Below are positions 1 to 12,295 of a stretch of 64,000 nt of DNA, piece after piece; the first letter of the stretch is position 1, and the number at the start of each line of letters is the position of its first letter. The notes beneath the pieces were generated by a model. It did not search any database, was not told the origin of the DNA, and worked only from the letters and a program-made list of their open reading frames with translations. The DNA is from Schizochytrium sp. TIO01 (lineage: Eukaryota; Protista; Bigyra: Labyrinthulomycetes): NCBI GenBank assembly GCA_004764695.1, contig SMSO01000033.1, positions 868,001 through 932,000 of the forward strand. Direction: 5' to 3'. The position numbers and the translations under genes were made by a program.

Positions 1-1
1 T

Positions 2-952
2 GATCTCAAGCCCAAGTTGCAGAAAGCTCCAGCCCCGGCATCAGAAGTATTGTCTGATTTATTCACCTGGACCAAAAACCTTGTAGCAGATGCGTTAACG
101 GATTCAGATGCAACAGAACAGAAGACAAATGGTGAAGATACAGGAGATGGGTCTTCAGGTGAGGCGAAAGAGGAAGATCTTGAGAAAGCACCTGTGATTT
201 CGTCATTTCAACTTTTTGGTGTTTCAGGTGCAGATTTACAGAAACTAGAGCAAAGTTTAACACCTGAAGAGCGCGCTTCACTTGATGAAAAGGATCGCCT
301 CGCTTTTGTTGAACATGAGAACGAATTGTTGAGACGAGTACTAATGTCAATGAAGCCAACATTTGAAATGGTCATGCAGAAATTTGCTGACAAGTTGCGT
401 AGGAACGAGGTATCCTCTGATGTGGGTTCAGGCTCTCGAAAGGGTGGCCAATCTAAAACTTTGGGTGATTCAATAGATCAGGCCGGTGAGGTGCCGTACA
501 AGCACAGGGGAGGCTCTGAGGATACGCTAACCCGCGAAAATCCAATGAATCCATCTGAGCGACGTCATTCTGCCACTTTGCTTGGAGACGGACCTCCTCA
601 TCAGGAAACAGGAAATGAAGATTTGGACTCTCGTTCTCTAGATCCGACCCGAGGCGATGAAATGGATGAAGATGTGAATGAGCGTCCGACGAAACGGGCA
701 CGCCGAGAAGAGGCTGAAGATATTGAAGAAGATGTCAGCAATGTTGATGGGCAACGAGCTGCAGGTAACGATGCTATTAGGGCTGAAGCAGGGTCGGGAA
801 TGGTTGTGGAGAATGGACAGCATGGTGGAAATGAAATTGGGCAGGTTCATGGACCCGGCAATGACATCGTCAATAGTCAAGTTCAAGACGAAAATATGTC
901 AAAGCAGGAAGGTGACGATGTTGATGTCCAAGCTGAAGAAACCTTGGAGTAG
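2..952 (+). CDS. Hypothetical protein, C-terminal portion (acidic, largely low-complexity/disordered; 5' end outside window)
   Basis: The frame is open from position 2 (GAT CTC AAG CCC AAG TTG CAG...) to TAG at 950-952. Composition is protein-like and D/E/G-rich. It has one helical-looking segment (LEQSLTPEERASLDEKDRLAFVEHENELLRRVL) and a basic NLS-like patch (RPTKRARRE). No family recognised. Confidence 0.75.
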   Translation, partial: DLKPKLQKAPAPASEVLSDLFTWTKNLVADALTDSDATEQKTNGEDTGDGSSGEAKEEDLEKAPVISSFQLFGVSGADLQKLEQSLTPEERASLDEKDRLAFVEHENELLRRVLMSMKPTFEMVMQKFADKLRRNEVSSDVGSGSRKGGQSKTLGDSIDQAGEVPYKHRGGSEDTLTRENPMNPSERRHSATLLGDGPPHQETGNEDLDSRSLDPTRGDEMDEDVNERPTKRARREEAEDIEEDVSNVDGQRAAGNDAIRAEAGSGMVVENGQHGGNEIGQVHGPGNDIVNSQVQDENMSKQEGDDVDVQAEETLE

Positions 953-1664
953 AGTAAAATAGTTGATCACACACAAAAATGTTTGTTTCCTTATTATTTT
1001 GATTGATCGCTTCGATTGTAGGAGTACTAGCAATACCCCCACAGCAGTTGCTTGCGTCGAACTCGCGTTGAGCTCCCCATCGAACAGAGGACGATTAAGC
1101 ATCGCGAATCAGATGCAACGTTACGTTAGCTTCTCTCAATAAAGTTGTTTCTTATGCCCCCACCAGGGGATTCGAATATTTCCCTTCAGACATGAGTCAA
1201 ATCAAGGGTAGGCAGATCGGCTTGGAACTGGGAAACATAAGGTTGTTTGTAAAATAGCTGTAGTATTTGAATTATTAGATGAGTGAAAGAGTATATGAGG
1301 TATGTAGAGCCTAGTATGGAGTACATATATAGAAGAACAGAGGTGATATTTAATGACGTTGACTTCGGCGAAATAATTTGCGATAACGATGAACAACATA
1401 TACGAGCGTTAACCCGCAGAATTATAAAGATGCGCGAGAAGGTAGATGATGAAAGGTAAAAAAAAGGGATCAATCGTCTTGCTTTCTTTTCAGAAGAGCA
1501 GGACATTCGTTGTGATAAGAAGTAGCGCAATATGAGAAAGGAGATCTTTCACAACAACAAAAGACGAAACAAGATGTATTCCTCTTAGTCAGGAGCGAAC
1601 GATTGCGCTCTCCAGCAAGAGGTCAACAGTCGTTATGCTTTCATATAAGCCTAACTATGAAGAC

Positions 1665-3149
1665 TTAAGCTTGGGCCAAAGCTGCATTGTTATCGTTGTT
1701 GTTATCATCGGTTGGGTCGTTTTTAGCCTTCTCCTTGGGCGGGTTGGCATAAGAAGAATGGACGCTGTGAACAGAGCCGTTCTGGTTTGAGTAAGTAGAG
1801 CGTGAGACATCCGGGAAGAAGTCGGGGTAGGCATGACCACCGTGGGAGCTGTTATCAATACCAATCTCTTCAGCCTGTGCACTAATGCGAAGGAAGTTGA
1901 GCTTACGGAGGACAAAGAAGTAGGGGAAGATCAAGGCGGTGACCCAGGGGACAATACAAACAATTTCAACAAGCTGGCATCCAAGAAGAATTCCATTGCC
2001 ACCATAAAACACACCGGAGTAGTCCTGGTAGGCGACGGACTCGTCAAATCCTGCGAGCTCCTGCACAAACTCAGTCTTGGCAAAGAATCCAACCGCAATG
2101 AGACCCCATGCGCCGGTGAAAGCATGCACAGCTACAGCATCGAGAGGGTCGTCGAGTTTCATGACGAGAAGAACAAACTTTGAGGCACACTGGTAAACTA
2201 CTCCACCGAAGACTCCAATTACGAGCGAGGCCCAGGGTGAGACCACGGGGCATCCTGCAGTGATGGAAACTAGGCCAGCAAGGACACCATTCAGGGCACC
2301 GTTGATGTCCCACTCGCGACCCGGGTTGATGGCAGTTGCAAAGAAGAGCGAGGAGAGACCTCCGGTGGCGCTACAAAGAATTGTGTTAACAGCGGCACGT
2401 GCAGCAATGTTGCTGTTACCAACGAGCGAGAGCACACTGCCAGGGTTAAAGCCGAGCCATCCAACCCAAAGAATGAAGGTTCCGAGGGTGGCAAGAGGAG
2501 TGCTGTGGCCAGGCATAGCGAGCGGCTTGCCGTCGGAGTCGAAACGTCCAAGACGAGGCCCGATGAGGTAGGATCCAACGGCACCTGCAACGCCACCAAC
2601 CATGTGGACGGGACCACATCCTGCAAAGTCGAGAGCACCAACGCCACCGACTGTAAAGCCGTCGTTGTTAAGGGTAAGGAAGCCACCACCCCAGACCCAG
2701 TGCACGACGACAGGGTAGATGACGGCAGAGAGGTAGAAGGAGTAGGTGAGGTAGGATTCGAAGGTGGCTCGCTCAGCGACAGCTCCACTTACAATGGTGG
2801 CAGAAGTGGCCGCGAAGGCGAATTGGAAAAGCCAATCGATGTAACCGACACTCTCGCCGAGCTCGTCGCCAGCAAATTGGGAGCCACCGATGAAGGATCC
2901 ACGATCCTCACCGTAGGCAAGAGCCCAGCCCATAAGCCACCAAGCAAAGGCACACGCACAACAATCCATCACAACGCAGATAAGGATGTTGGTGGTGGAC
3001 TTGGTCCGCACAGCACCGGCGGAGAGCATGGCAAAGCCAGCATGCATGAAGAAGACCATGGAAGTGGCCCACAAGGTGAAGAAGTTGTTAAGGTCTGTGG
3101 ACATGCTGTTACACAGCTCAAGGGCCTCGCCCGTGTAGTTGTCACACAT
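1665..3149 (-). CDS. AMT1: Ammonium transporter, Amt/Mep/Rh family, eukaryotic AMT1-like (494 aa, single exon)
   Basis: Signature motifs: FQFAFAATSATIVSGAVAER, YPVVVHWVWGGG, DFAGCGPVHMVGG (first pore His), GPRLGRF, GHS, LGTFILWVGWLGFNPGS, DDPLDAVAVHAFTGAWG (second pore His), and C-terminal LRIS...GID..HGGHAY. About 11 hydrophobic segments. ATG is in ACCATG context, with strong C/T third-position bias. Confidence 0.97.
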   Translation of the reverse strand: MCDNYTGEALELCNSMSTDLNNFFTLWATSMVFFMHAGFAMLSAGAVRTKSTTNILICVVMDCCACAFAWWLMGWALAYGEDRGSFIGGSQFAGDELGESVGYIDWLFQFAFAATSATIVSGAVAERATFESYLTYSFYLSAVIYPVVVHWVWGGGFLTLNNDGFTVGGVGALDFAGCGPVHMVGGVAGAVGSYLIGPRLGRFDSDGKPLAMPGHSTPLATLGTFILWVGWLGFNPGSVLSLVGNSNIAARAAVNTILCSATGGLSSLFFATAINPGREWDINGALNGVLAGLVSITAGCPVVSPWASLVIGVFGGVVYQCASKFVLLVMKLDDPLDAVAVHAFTGAWGLIAVGFFAKTEFVQELAGFDESVAYQDYSGVFYGGNGILLGCQLVEIVCIVPWVTALIFPYFFVLRKLNFLRISAQAEEIGIDNSSHGGHAYPDFFPDVSRSTYSNQNGSVHSVHSSYANPPKEKAKNDPTDDNNNDNNAALAQA

Positions 3150-3620
3150 GGTCTCTCTGTTTGGCTGATATTCAACTGAGGATCACCCGAGCTTTCCTTT
3201 TCTTCGTTAAGGTTCTGCAGGCAGCAGCTTGTGCAAGGAGAACTGAATCAATATACTTTCCAGGCAGGCAAATGTTCTCGCACGAGGAGGATCAACACAC
3301 TCCTTCCGGCAGCGTTTCTTCTCCCAAACGTTTGCGGCGGCCTCGTGTCGATCGACAGTCGCTCTTATGCTCTCTGTGCCTCTTCGTCTCGCTAGTCCCT
3401 AGAGACAGCCTCCTTGAGTCCCTTTTTTGAAGGTTTGCGCGAAGCCTCGGCGTTGGTGCGGTCTTGAGGAGCTTTGGCTTGCGAGCTGTTGCGAGCTCTG
3501 GTGAATGGGTTTTAGGCGTGTGCCTGGGTCAGCTTCTGGAGGGGAGGCTCCAGGCTGCGCGCTGGCGAGGTACGGGTCCTGCGAGCGGCCGCGTTTGCGA
3601 TTTGCTCTCTCCGAGGCGCT

Positions 3621-3632
3621 GCTTGCTTGCTT

Positions 3633-3668
<36 letters not shown>
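3621..3668. repeat. (GCTT)n tetranucleotide microsatellite
   Basis: Tandem GCTT units read directly, with one interruption. Confidence 0.95.
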
Positions 3669-4306
3669 GGTACTGCTGCTCGGACGCAGTGGACTCCAAA
3701 AGGCACTTTTTGCTAGGAGTGTCCTATGCGCAGCTACCCATAACTGCGAGTGCTGACGATGTTTTCTCTCTTTTTTCCTCTTTTCTTTGGGAAGAAGAGC
3801 GAGCAAAACAAAACAAAACAAAACCAAACCACGTTCGTTCTTCCTTTTCTCTCCTTTTCTCTCCTTTTCAAGGATGAATAACCTTCTTCTTTCCTCTGCC
3901 TCTGTTTCTTTCCCACTGGGTTTAATCAAAAGTACGTTCTTTCACTGCAAGTTGTCGCTATCATTTTCCATTATTACTTCAATAAAATGAGCAGAGTTTA
4001 CTAAAATGAGCTTTAAAACAAAAACAAAACAACGCACCTGGGCCTATCAATCATTCCCATTCATTATTTTTTAATCTAAAGTTTTAATGTTAAAAGTTCT
4101 TTTCATTTCTTTTCAATTTTCTTTTCATTTCTTTTCATCTCATTTCATTGCTTTTCATTTCTTTTTCGTTTTAAACTAATGCATGACTCGTTTGGAATGA
4201 GAGGTCGATGTTCGAAACAGGCTTTTTCCAAACTCTTATGCAGAGGCCAAAGCTTTCATAATGCTGTATGGACTTGCTTGAAACCTGCTTACAGGCGGCC
4301 TCAGCT

Positions 4307-4329
4307 GAGAGAGAGAGAGAGAGAGAGAG
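4307..4329. repeat. (GA)n dinucleotide microsatellite
   Basis: Read directly from the sequence. Confidence 0.95.
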
Positions 4330-4710
4330 CTGTTTCGGTCGGAAGGCCGACGCAGGGAGCTCCTTGTCAGCTGCGTATCGAGGGCTTTCGCAGATGCAGA
4401 CGCGTCGCCATACTTTCGACGCGTGCCTTCCTTCTGCGCCGAGCATTCGAGCCATACGAGCGAGCAGCGAGCGTCTTTTTCTCCATTCCTGAGTTTGTTT
4501 ATTCATTCACTTCTAAGTAAACCTATCAATCAGCATTGTATCCGACTTGGTCGAGAATCGCTCTTCTTGGCAGTCTTACTCCCGTCTTAGTTAAGGGGTT
4601 ACTTCTCATTCTTCTCCTTTCTTGTTTTAAAACCAATATTTGCTTCGCTTAATTGGAAAACCTTTCAACGCCACAGACAGAGGTCACAGGCATATATGAA
4701 AATAATGATG

Positions 4711-4773
4711 ATGTAATGTAATGTAATGTAATGCAATGTAATGCAATGTAATGCAACGCAATTTAACGTAATG
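4711..4773. repeat. (ATGTA/ATGCA)n pentanucleotide repeat
   Basis: About 12 pentamer units, degenerating toward the 3' end. Confidence 0.9.
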
Positions 4774-5362
4774 AGCACTTTTCTTTGCCAGTGTGCTATT
4801 TTACTTTCTGAAGAAACTCGCTGAAAAGGTGCTTGAAATTCGAGGCAAGCAAACGTAAATAAATAACTGCAGTCGCTGGGACTAACCCTTACTTACACCA
4901 GCCGCCGCGTCGGCGTAGAGCTAACTTCCTCGCCCCGAAGCTCTCTGGTCGCCGTATTCTTGACATAAGCGCGCAGGCCACCTACCGCCTCAGTGCTTGC
5001 TTGCTTGTTGCTTACTTTCTCCCATCGTTACTTCGCTTCCGTGGATTGATTATTCGTTCGTTCATTCTTACAAATAAAGGAATGAACAAATGAGTGAGTG
5101 AGTGAGTGAGTCCATGTGTCGGCGCCTCTTCTCCTTCTTCTTCTTTGATCAGTTTAAATTAAAAATGAGATAAATAAAAACAACTCTTCTTTTTATTTAG
5201 CTTCAACAAGTCGCTTTCATAATCAGCACGAAGTGCCCCTTTTATTCAAGCAGGAGATATGTTAATGGGCCATTTCAAAGAAACCAATTCGCAATTGAGT
5301 GGATTGCGCGTGTTCCTGCTTAGTTTGTCAACGTTTGAAGCCAAGTTCCACACTCACTAAGT

Positions 5363-5418
5363 CATCCATCCATCCATCCATCCATCCATTCATCCATTCA
5401 TTCATTCATTCATTCATT
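5363..5418. repeat. Compound (CATC)n-(CATT)n microsatellite
   Basis: Read directly from the sequence. Confidence 0.95.
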
Positions 5419-5969
5419 GAGTCCCTCACTTTCTGCCATTCTATCTATCTACCCAGCGCACTATCAGTTTCACTACTCTGGTTTTCGGCCTAAATAAGTC
5501 CGAAGAGGGCCTCGATCTTATCAGAAAGAAAGAAAGAAAGAAAGCAACTTTTAAAAAAGGCGCTTCATCTCCTTTCATTAACCATTAATCGATCGATCTC
5601 TAGCTAGTGAACCTTCGCTTCGCTTCCTTTTCCGCGCCGTCATAAGCGCCTCGAAACTAACGCAGGCGAGGCCCCGTCCGCTCATTTTACGCCAAGTCAT
5701 GGTCCATCACGCTCGCGATATCGCGTGGGGACAGCGAGCGAACTGCTTCTGTGCGAGGCGCTCTAAACCTCTTCGAGGCCATCCTCAGAGCTCGAGGCGA
5801 ATGGCCGTCGAGTCGAGTTTGAAACATGCCATGGATATATATATATATGTATATATATACTACTTTCGCCAGCTCAAGAACCCAAAGACGGGAAGTCAGA
5901 GACCTTTGTTTCCTATTTTCTAAAACTGAAAGCGCTTATTAAAAAAGCAATGAGCTACAGAGAAAGAAT

Positions 5970-6022
5970 GAAACAAAGAAACAAAGAAACAAAGAAACAA
6001 AGAAACAAACAAAGAAACAAAC
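5970..6022. repeat. (GAAACAAA)n octamer repeat
   Basis: About 6 units read directly. Confidence 0.9.
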
Positions 6023-6768
6023 ACCGGCGCATGCACTTCCTTTTACTGGAAACAAACAGTAGTCCAGCTAGAGGCCTATGTCCTACTACGAGTTCTAGTT
6101 TATAAAGTTAAAGAAGAGGAAGAAGAAACCAGATCGAAGATAGGAAATACGTAGTACTGCTAGCTGCGAATGGTAGCTTCATCCTTGATTTTCTAAACTT
6201 TTTATTATTATTTATTTTTTTAAATTAACATATTGGAAATAAATATGTATATAAACATTCTAAACAAATTCAAGTGAATATAATAATTAATAATTAAAGA
6301 GGTATCCAGGCGAAGGCGAAGAAAGAAAAGATCTCAAGAAAAGATATGGTTCGAGCCGCACCATTCCTTCGCCCCTCTGCACAGACGTAGCTTCGCCTTT
6401 CTAACGTGTGGTATACCTCGCAAGGAGCAGGTTTCCCAACGGAGTTTCCAACAGATGCACCGCCTTGAGTCCCTTTGGCGGCTCATCATTCGAATGACCC
6501 AACAATTCCTCTCAGAAGCTCGCAATTTTTGGCGTTCTTTTAAACGCGACTACTAGGCACCCACCTAGCTGGGCGTCTAGGCTCTAAACCCCATCCAAAA
6601 CTCTTCTCTCCCCGTGCGCTACCCCGCGTCTACCGTTTTCCCTAGCCGTGCGCGCGCTGTCCCGAGGTAGCTGGACCATTGGACTCCTTCCATCCATCCC
6701 CTTCCTTCCTTTGGCTCTGATGACTCTTCCTCTCTCATACATATTTATTTACATTCGTCCATGATAAC

Positions 6769-7071
6769 ATGGATGATGAAGACGCCTATCCATCCGTACC
6801 CACTGCTACTGCTACGTTTGGAGCTGCTCGCAGCCCTGGCGATGACGACGAGCTAAAAAGCCGTCTCCGCCACGGACCCTCTCAGACCGCACTTGAAACC
6901 TGCTCGAAACTGCTCGAAACTGCTCGCGCGGAGCGGAAATCCGCATCGCAGAAGCCGCTTTTGCTCGCCCCCCGAACGCCCATTCCCAGCTCAAGCAGGG
7001 CGCTCCAGATATCCGCGAGAACTGCCTCCACCTGTACAGTAGAGGCTATGTGCCTCCCTAGCACGTCTTGA
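6769..7071 (+). CDS. Possible small hypothetical ORF (100 aa)
   Basis: ATG in AACATGG context within a GC-richer island. No recognisable domain, and it could be a chance ORF. Confidence 0.15.
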   Translation: MDDEDAYPSVPTATATFGAARSPGDDDELKSRLRHGPSQTALETCSKLLETARAERKSASQKPLLLAPRTPIPSSSRALQISARTASTCTVEAMCLPSTS

Positions 7072-7091
7072 AGTGAGATGAAAAAAAAAAA

Positions 7092-7252
7092 GAATGAATG
7101 AATGAAAGAATGAATGAATGAACGAATGAAAGAATGAATGAATGAAAGAATGAATGAAGGAAGGAATGAAGGAATGAAGGAAGGAATGAAGGAATGAAGG
7201 AATGAAGGAATGAAGGAATGAAGGAATGAAGGAATGAAGGAATGAAGGAATG
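7092..7252. repeat. Compound (GAAT)n grading into (GAAGGAAT)n satellite, ~160 bp
   Basis: Read directly. Longest simple repeat in the window. Confidence 0.95.
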
Positions 7253-9280
7253 ATAGGGCTGAGATCGCAGAAGAAGTGGCCACCAAACAAGATTTCCTCA
7301 GCTGAGGCGGTCCTCGTGCCCACGTAGGCACCTGTAGGTGATGGTGGGGACTCTGAATAATGGCGGATTCCTCTTTCTTGGCTTTCTGATTTAGAGCAGA
7401 GGAACCTCTGTAATTGAAACGTTGCAATTTGGTAAACATACATGGTGGGCAGACGGACGCAAGGGCCGACTGACAGTATGGGTCTGTCTCCTTTTTGTGG
7501 GTGGCTCAGAGAGAGAGAGAGAAGGGGGCGTGAAAAATGAAAAAATTAAAAAGAAAAAGGGGGTTTTGCTTTATTTTGTTTGTTCATTGGTTTATAGATA
7601 AACAGTATGTAGGTGCTAGAAGAAGAAGTTTCATTCTTTAGAAAGTGGCGGTCGAAGTCTTTACTTTGTTGGTTTTGGCACGAGTGGAGGTGCTAGTGGA
7701 GAGTAAAAGGCCATACGCCATAGTGTGCTCAGGAAAGAATGCTTAAAGCCTATGAGAGCTTTGGATTCTGCAAATAAGGAAGAAGAGCGGCATGGAGAGG
7801 AAGGTTGAAGCAGCTTAGTACCAAAAGCACTTTTAAGCAACAATGACAAACCTTGAAAAGCAACGACCTGAAAGCAAAACTAAAGAGCTTTAAGCGAATA
7901 ATCGAAGCGAAGTTATAATACACTATGGCATCTACAATCACCCCGGGACACGCCTGATTCTGAAAAAGGGGTCGATCCAAACGATGGATCTACTGCAAGT
8001 CTGGTTTTAACTCGGCAGTACCTCGTCATCGGTCGAAGAAATGGCCGCTATTACAACTCCTGAGCCCCTTCTTGACTTTTTTTTTTTTTTTTTTTTAAAT
8101 AAATATTTTAATAAATATTTTATATAATATTTTTTCTAAATAATGGTTCTCAGTTTTCCGGATCAAGACAAGTTCTACTGCTTTGAATTGAAGTCTTCAC
8201 GCTTGTATACCCAAAGTTTGGCCAATACCTGGTTAATATAATGCACCTTTGGCCGTCCGATGTTCTGTGTTTAGCTAGCAACCATACCCCATCCGCCATA
8301 ACGTCTCGCACAAACGGAGGCCTCCCTTCAATTAAAGCCAAAAGTCGGAGACCGTCGCGTTCGAGCGCCTTTTATAAAAGCGCAGGTTTAACAATTCTTT
8401 GTCTACAATCTCTCGGCACTACCTAGTAAGTATTATTAATTATAGTAGATGCTAAACGAAAAGCTATATCTTCCACGAGCAAGGATACTGAGGACAACTA
8501 CCAAGTGTTTCCTCCTGCTATTACTACCTCTGCAGCGGCTTGTGTTTTCATAGTTGTTAGTTAGCGTTTACCTCCCACAAGTGCTTCCTATTGAAGGAGA
8601 CTCGTCATTTTCTTTTTTTTGCTTTTCTTTTCAGAGCTCTTAGGCATACCTAGCCATGGCTAGTCCTTTCCTTCTCAAGCTTTACTTTTTAGTTACTCTT
8701 TTAAAGGAAAAAAGGGCAAACGAAATTTCGCATGATAGGGATGAGGCCAAGCCAGCGACCCTCTGCAGCTGCTTGGAGCTTGCTTGAGACGAGCGTCAGT
8801 GCAGAGCCAATGGAGCTGATTTCTAGCCGCTGCCGTCTTCTTTTTCAAGGCGTCGCGATGCTGTTGTCTTGGCGGAGACTTGTTTGCTTACAATCGATCA
8901 TTCAGACTGCCATACAACTGACTGAAAACTTGGATTGCAGCGATGAGTACTGTTGCATATTGCTAGTTTCAAGAAATTATACTAACTCTAATTTTAAAAA
9001 CAAACAGTATAAGATCATCGAAGGCAGGACTCAGAGCGAAGAAGCACGGAGAGGCCGGGCTCGCGAGGCGACCGTTTGAAAGCAAGGCGGCTCTGAGTAT
9101 CCTTTTGCGTTTGAAGGGCCGTCTCAATTGCGGCAGGGGAGATCTTTGAAATCGAATGGCGGTAGATTCCGGCTGACCTGCAAACGAATGACAAGAAACT
9201 AACCATGGGCGATCTTGAGACACCGCGAACTGCATCCACCCATTCATTCATTCTCCATATACCAAGCCACTTTAACTATT

Positions 9281-9304
9281 TTATTATTATTATTATTATT
9301 ATTA
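9281..9304. repeat. (TTA)n trinucleotide microsatellite
   Basis: Read directly from the sequence. Confidence 0.9.
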
Positions 9305-10489
9305 ATATCAGAGCTCTTTCTCCCTAGCTAGGAGGTCTGTTTCTATTTAGAAAATTTAAATATATATATTCGAAATATAATTAAGATATAGGTAAGGTTT
9401 TATTAAAACATTTTTTTTTTGGGCGAGGTTAATTAAGTTTTTAATTTTTTTCCTTTTTTTTAATTTTTTTTTTTTTTTTAAAATTAATAATATAAAGTAG
9501 TTTTGGATGATCATTAAGAATTAATTAAACTAAAATAATCGTAGCAGATTGTTAAGGGGAATAAGAAAGCGCCATGCTTGATAACAGAGGACGACGACCT
9601 CGTGCGGTTCTAGAGCACATGGATTGGTCGAATCGTAAGTGAGATTATCCATTTATCCATATCAACCCTGAAATATTCGCAAGCGAGACGGAGACTTTCT
9701 TGGTACTTAGTTTACAAGTCGAGTTAATCGCCCATTTGTGGTTTGCGTAAGGCAGATTTCTGGCCAGAATCGAACAGCGCTCGTGCGCGAAGAAAGCCGG
9801 AGCTATTTTGAAGAAGGTAGATACTCAGATAGTAGTAGTATTATTTTTTATTAGTATGTTCTTTTTCGGGATTAAAGAAGACAATCCCCACGTCTTGCTT
9901 GCTCACCGTTCAAGACTAGGGCTATATTCATGTGTTGGAAATGAGATCCAATCACCCCAAAGCTGAGCAGCAAATATTCGATCGGCGCCAAGGTATCTAT
10001 TCTCTTGGCTGTGAACTTCTGACTGGACTTGTAGTTGAAGTTGAGGGATAGTTCGCAGTTGATCAAACAAATGTATGCATTCTGTGATGATGCTAAAGAT
10101 GGTCACGACTATGCTCTTTGTAAGGACTACATCCACGTTACAGCCACCCTTTTGACCAACTTTTGTCAAGTCCTGGCTACTTGCACATGAGCTCATCATT
10201 CACTGCGAGCTTTACGCAGTACTTGGTCTCAGCGCTAAATGCGTGGGCGCGCCTCATAAGCGCCACGCCGTCTGCATAATAAGAGCGCCAATTTAAAGGT
10301 AAGGAAAGGCTTTCACGTGAGCGCGACAGTAGTTTTACAATTTTGGATGTGCTCAAGAACAGTCATGGCATTTGTCGTTGTTACGAGGACAAGTATTAGC
10401 TCCAGCACATTATGGAATCGCCACGAGTTTTGCTTCTGGGGAAATGCCCATGATATGTATACCCCAGCGTCTCGAAAAGGTCTTCCAGA

Positions 10490-10526
10490 GAGCGAGCAGA
10501 GCGAACAGAGCGAGCAGAGCGAGCAG
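10490..10526. repeat. 9-bp tandem repeat GAGCGA(G/A)CA x4
   Basis: Four consecutive units read directly. Confidence 0.9.
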
Positions 10527-11712
10527 GAGGACGAACAGGATTTTGCAAATGAATGTACATTTAGAGACTGACAAGTAAAATATTACGAAGAAGAGCATTA
10601 AGGAATTCATCAGCCACTGCATGCTTAGACAATAAATATCGTGGAAAAGACGTTTAAAATATAGTTGGCCGATGGCTCCGCGTGTCCAAGCCTATATCTT
10701 CTCTCATGATTCGTGAGTGCCACTCATGGCCATGCAAGCAAATGCTGCCAATCTATTGATCCACTTCATCAGTCTACTCAAATCAAACAGGTATACTATG
10801 ATATGATATAATACAAGGTACATCTGCTTCGTTTGCCATACTATGAAATGATTGACGTAATTTCCGAGCTAAAAAAAGAAAAAAATCCTGCATTATTTAC
10901 GATTTGAAAATACTCACTTTCCATTTTATCGATGGTTTTACTTTATTCTTTAAGATTTAAACAGAAATGAAACATTTATAAATTAAAAAAAAAAATAAGT
11001 AAAATAATAATGACAGGAAATTGAAAGTAATAGAATATAAATTTTATGAATTCTAGTAGAGGCTTAGAGTAGCGGGTAGTCAACTTGCCAAGGTCGCCCT
11101 TTTCTCTGCACAGGGGCGAACGTGGCGAGACTTTTAACAGTGACTCGCTCAGTGCGAGAAAATTGCTTTCGTTCGAATCGGGGCTCCATCGGATCGGGCA
11201 AAAAGGGCAAAAGCCAAGGAAGAAAACACACGAGGCCAGCTAGTACCCAGATAGTCAGTCCCTAGTACCCACGCTGGCCATCTTCAACTAGCACAGAAAC
11301 CAAGCACGAAGAAGCATCGAAGACCAAAACAGAGGCACATCCGCGATAGACGCAGGGATCTACCCATCCCTCAGTGCGGCAACTCGGGCCAAGGGCCACC
11401 CACATATTGAGCGAGCCCTCTCTTGAAGTTGATTCAACGAAGTTATGCAAAGAGGGGGCCCAGCTATAGTGGATAATGGATGGTCTTTGCATTTTATTTC
11501 AAGTTGCTGTAGGTAGGTGAGCAGAGCAGGCTTAGGAAAGTACCTATGTGGCGCCTAGCACTGCCAGCAGAGTCTCGGCGACGGGGCTAGGGAGCAGATA
11601 GGCAAATAGGTAGAAGGAGGATGCCACAGAGGTGCTGTGAGTGATTTGGTAGTGAGAGGGCGGCAAAGAAGACCGACGATTCTTCCATTCACGGCAAAGA
11701 CCCCTTTAGTCA

Positions 11713-11743
11713 ACTCACTCACTCACTCACTCACTCACTCACT
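11713..11743. repeat. (ACTC)n microsatellite
   Basis: Read directly. A (GATT)n tract follows at 11817-11836. Confidence 0.9.
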
Positions 11744-12202
11744 TCCTAGTTCAAAGGAGCAGCAGAGACTAAGACTTCGTTGTTTGTGTCCTCCCTTTCT
11801 GGTGGAGCGATTGCTCGATTGATTGATTGATTGATTAATCAGATTGATCTGCACTCGAGATATCACGAGTGACGCTGCAAGTTTTGGCCATGACGGCGCA
11901 CTGCTGAAGGGGCCAAACTCTGCGAGCTGCCGAGGAGTTGGTGATGCTTTCGTACGCCGTTGGAAACTTGTGTTTTACAGACAAAGGCAGTGATGAATAA
12001 TGGTACCTGCATTGCATTGCTACATAGCTACATACCTACCTCTGACCCGTACGAGTGGCTGGAAATGGCCGCTTTCTTCGGAGAATGAACTCAGCGAGAG
12101 CACCGCTGAGTGAAGGCATTAACTTTTCATGATAGATTGGGCAGTCGGCCGCTGAGTGGACCTGTTACAGCACCGTAGAATAGCAGGCGCTGTTTATCCG
12201 TC

Positions 12203-12295
12203 CATTCATTCATTCATTCATTTGTTTATTTATTTGTTTATTCATTCATTCATTTGTTTATTTATTCATTTATTTGTTTGTTTATTTATTCATTT
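12203..12295. repeat. Compound (CATT/TATT/TGTT)n microsatellite
   Basis: Read directly from the sequence. Confidence 0.9.

Noticed and set aside
1655-3179. Antisense and alternate-frame ORFs over the Amt gene (e.g. 2505-3179 +)
   Set aside because: Explained by the strong codon bias of the Amt CDS.
6882-7443. 150-185-aa minus-strand ORFs with FLHSFIPS repeats
   Set aside because: Translations of the (GAAT)/(GAAGGAAT) satellite.
11143-11188. A-box/B-box-like words (TCGCTCAGTG...GTTCGAATC); similar GGTTCGAGCC at ~6348 and TTCGAATCCCC (minus strand) at ~1170
   Set aside because: Box spacing is too short and no cloverleaf or T-stem pairing can be built. Not tRNAs.
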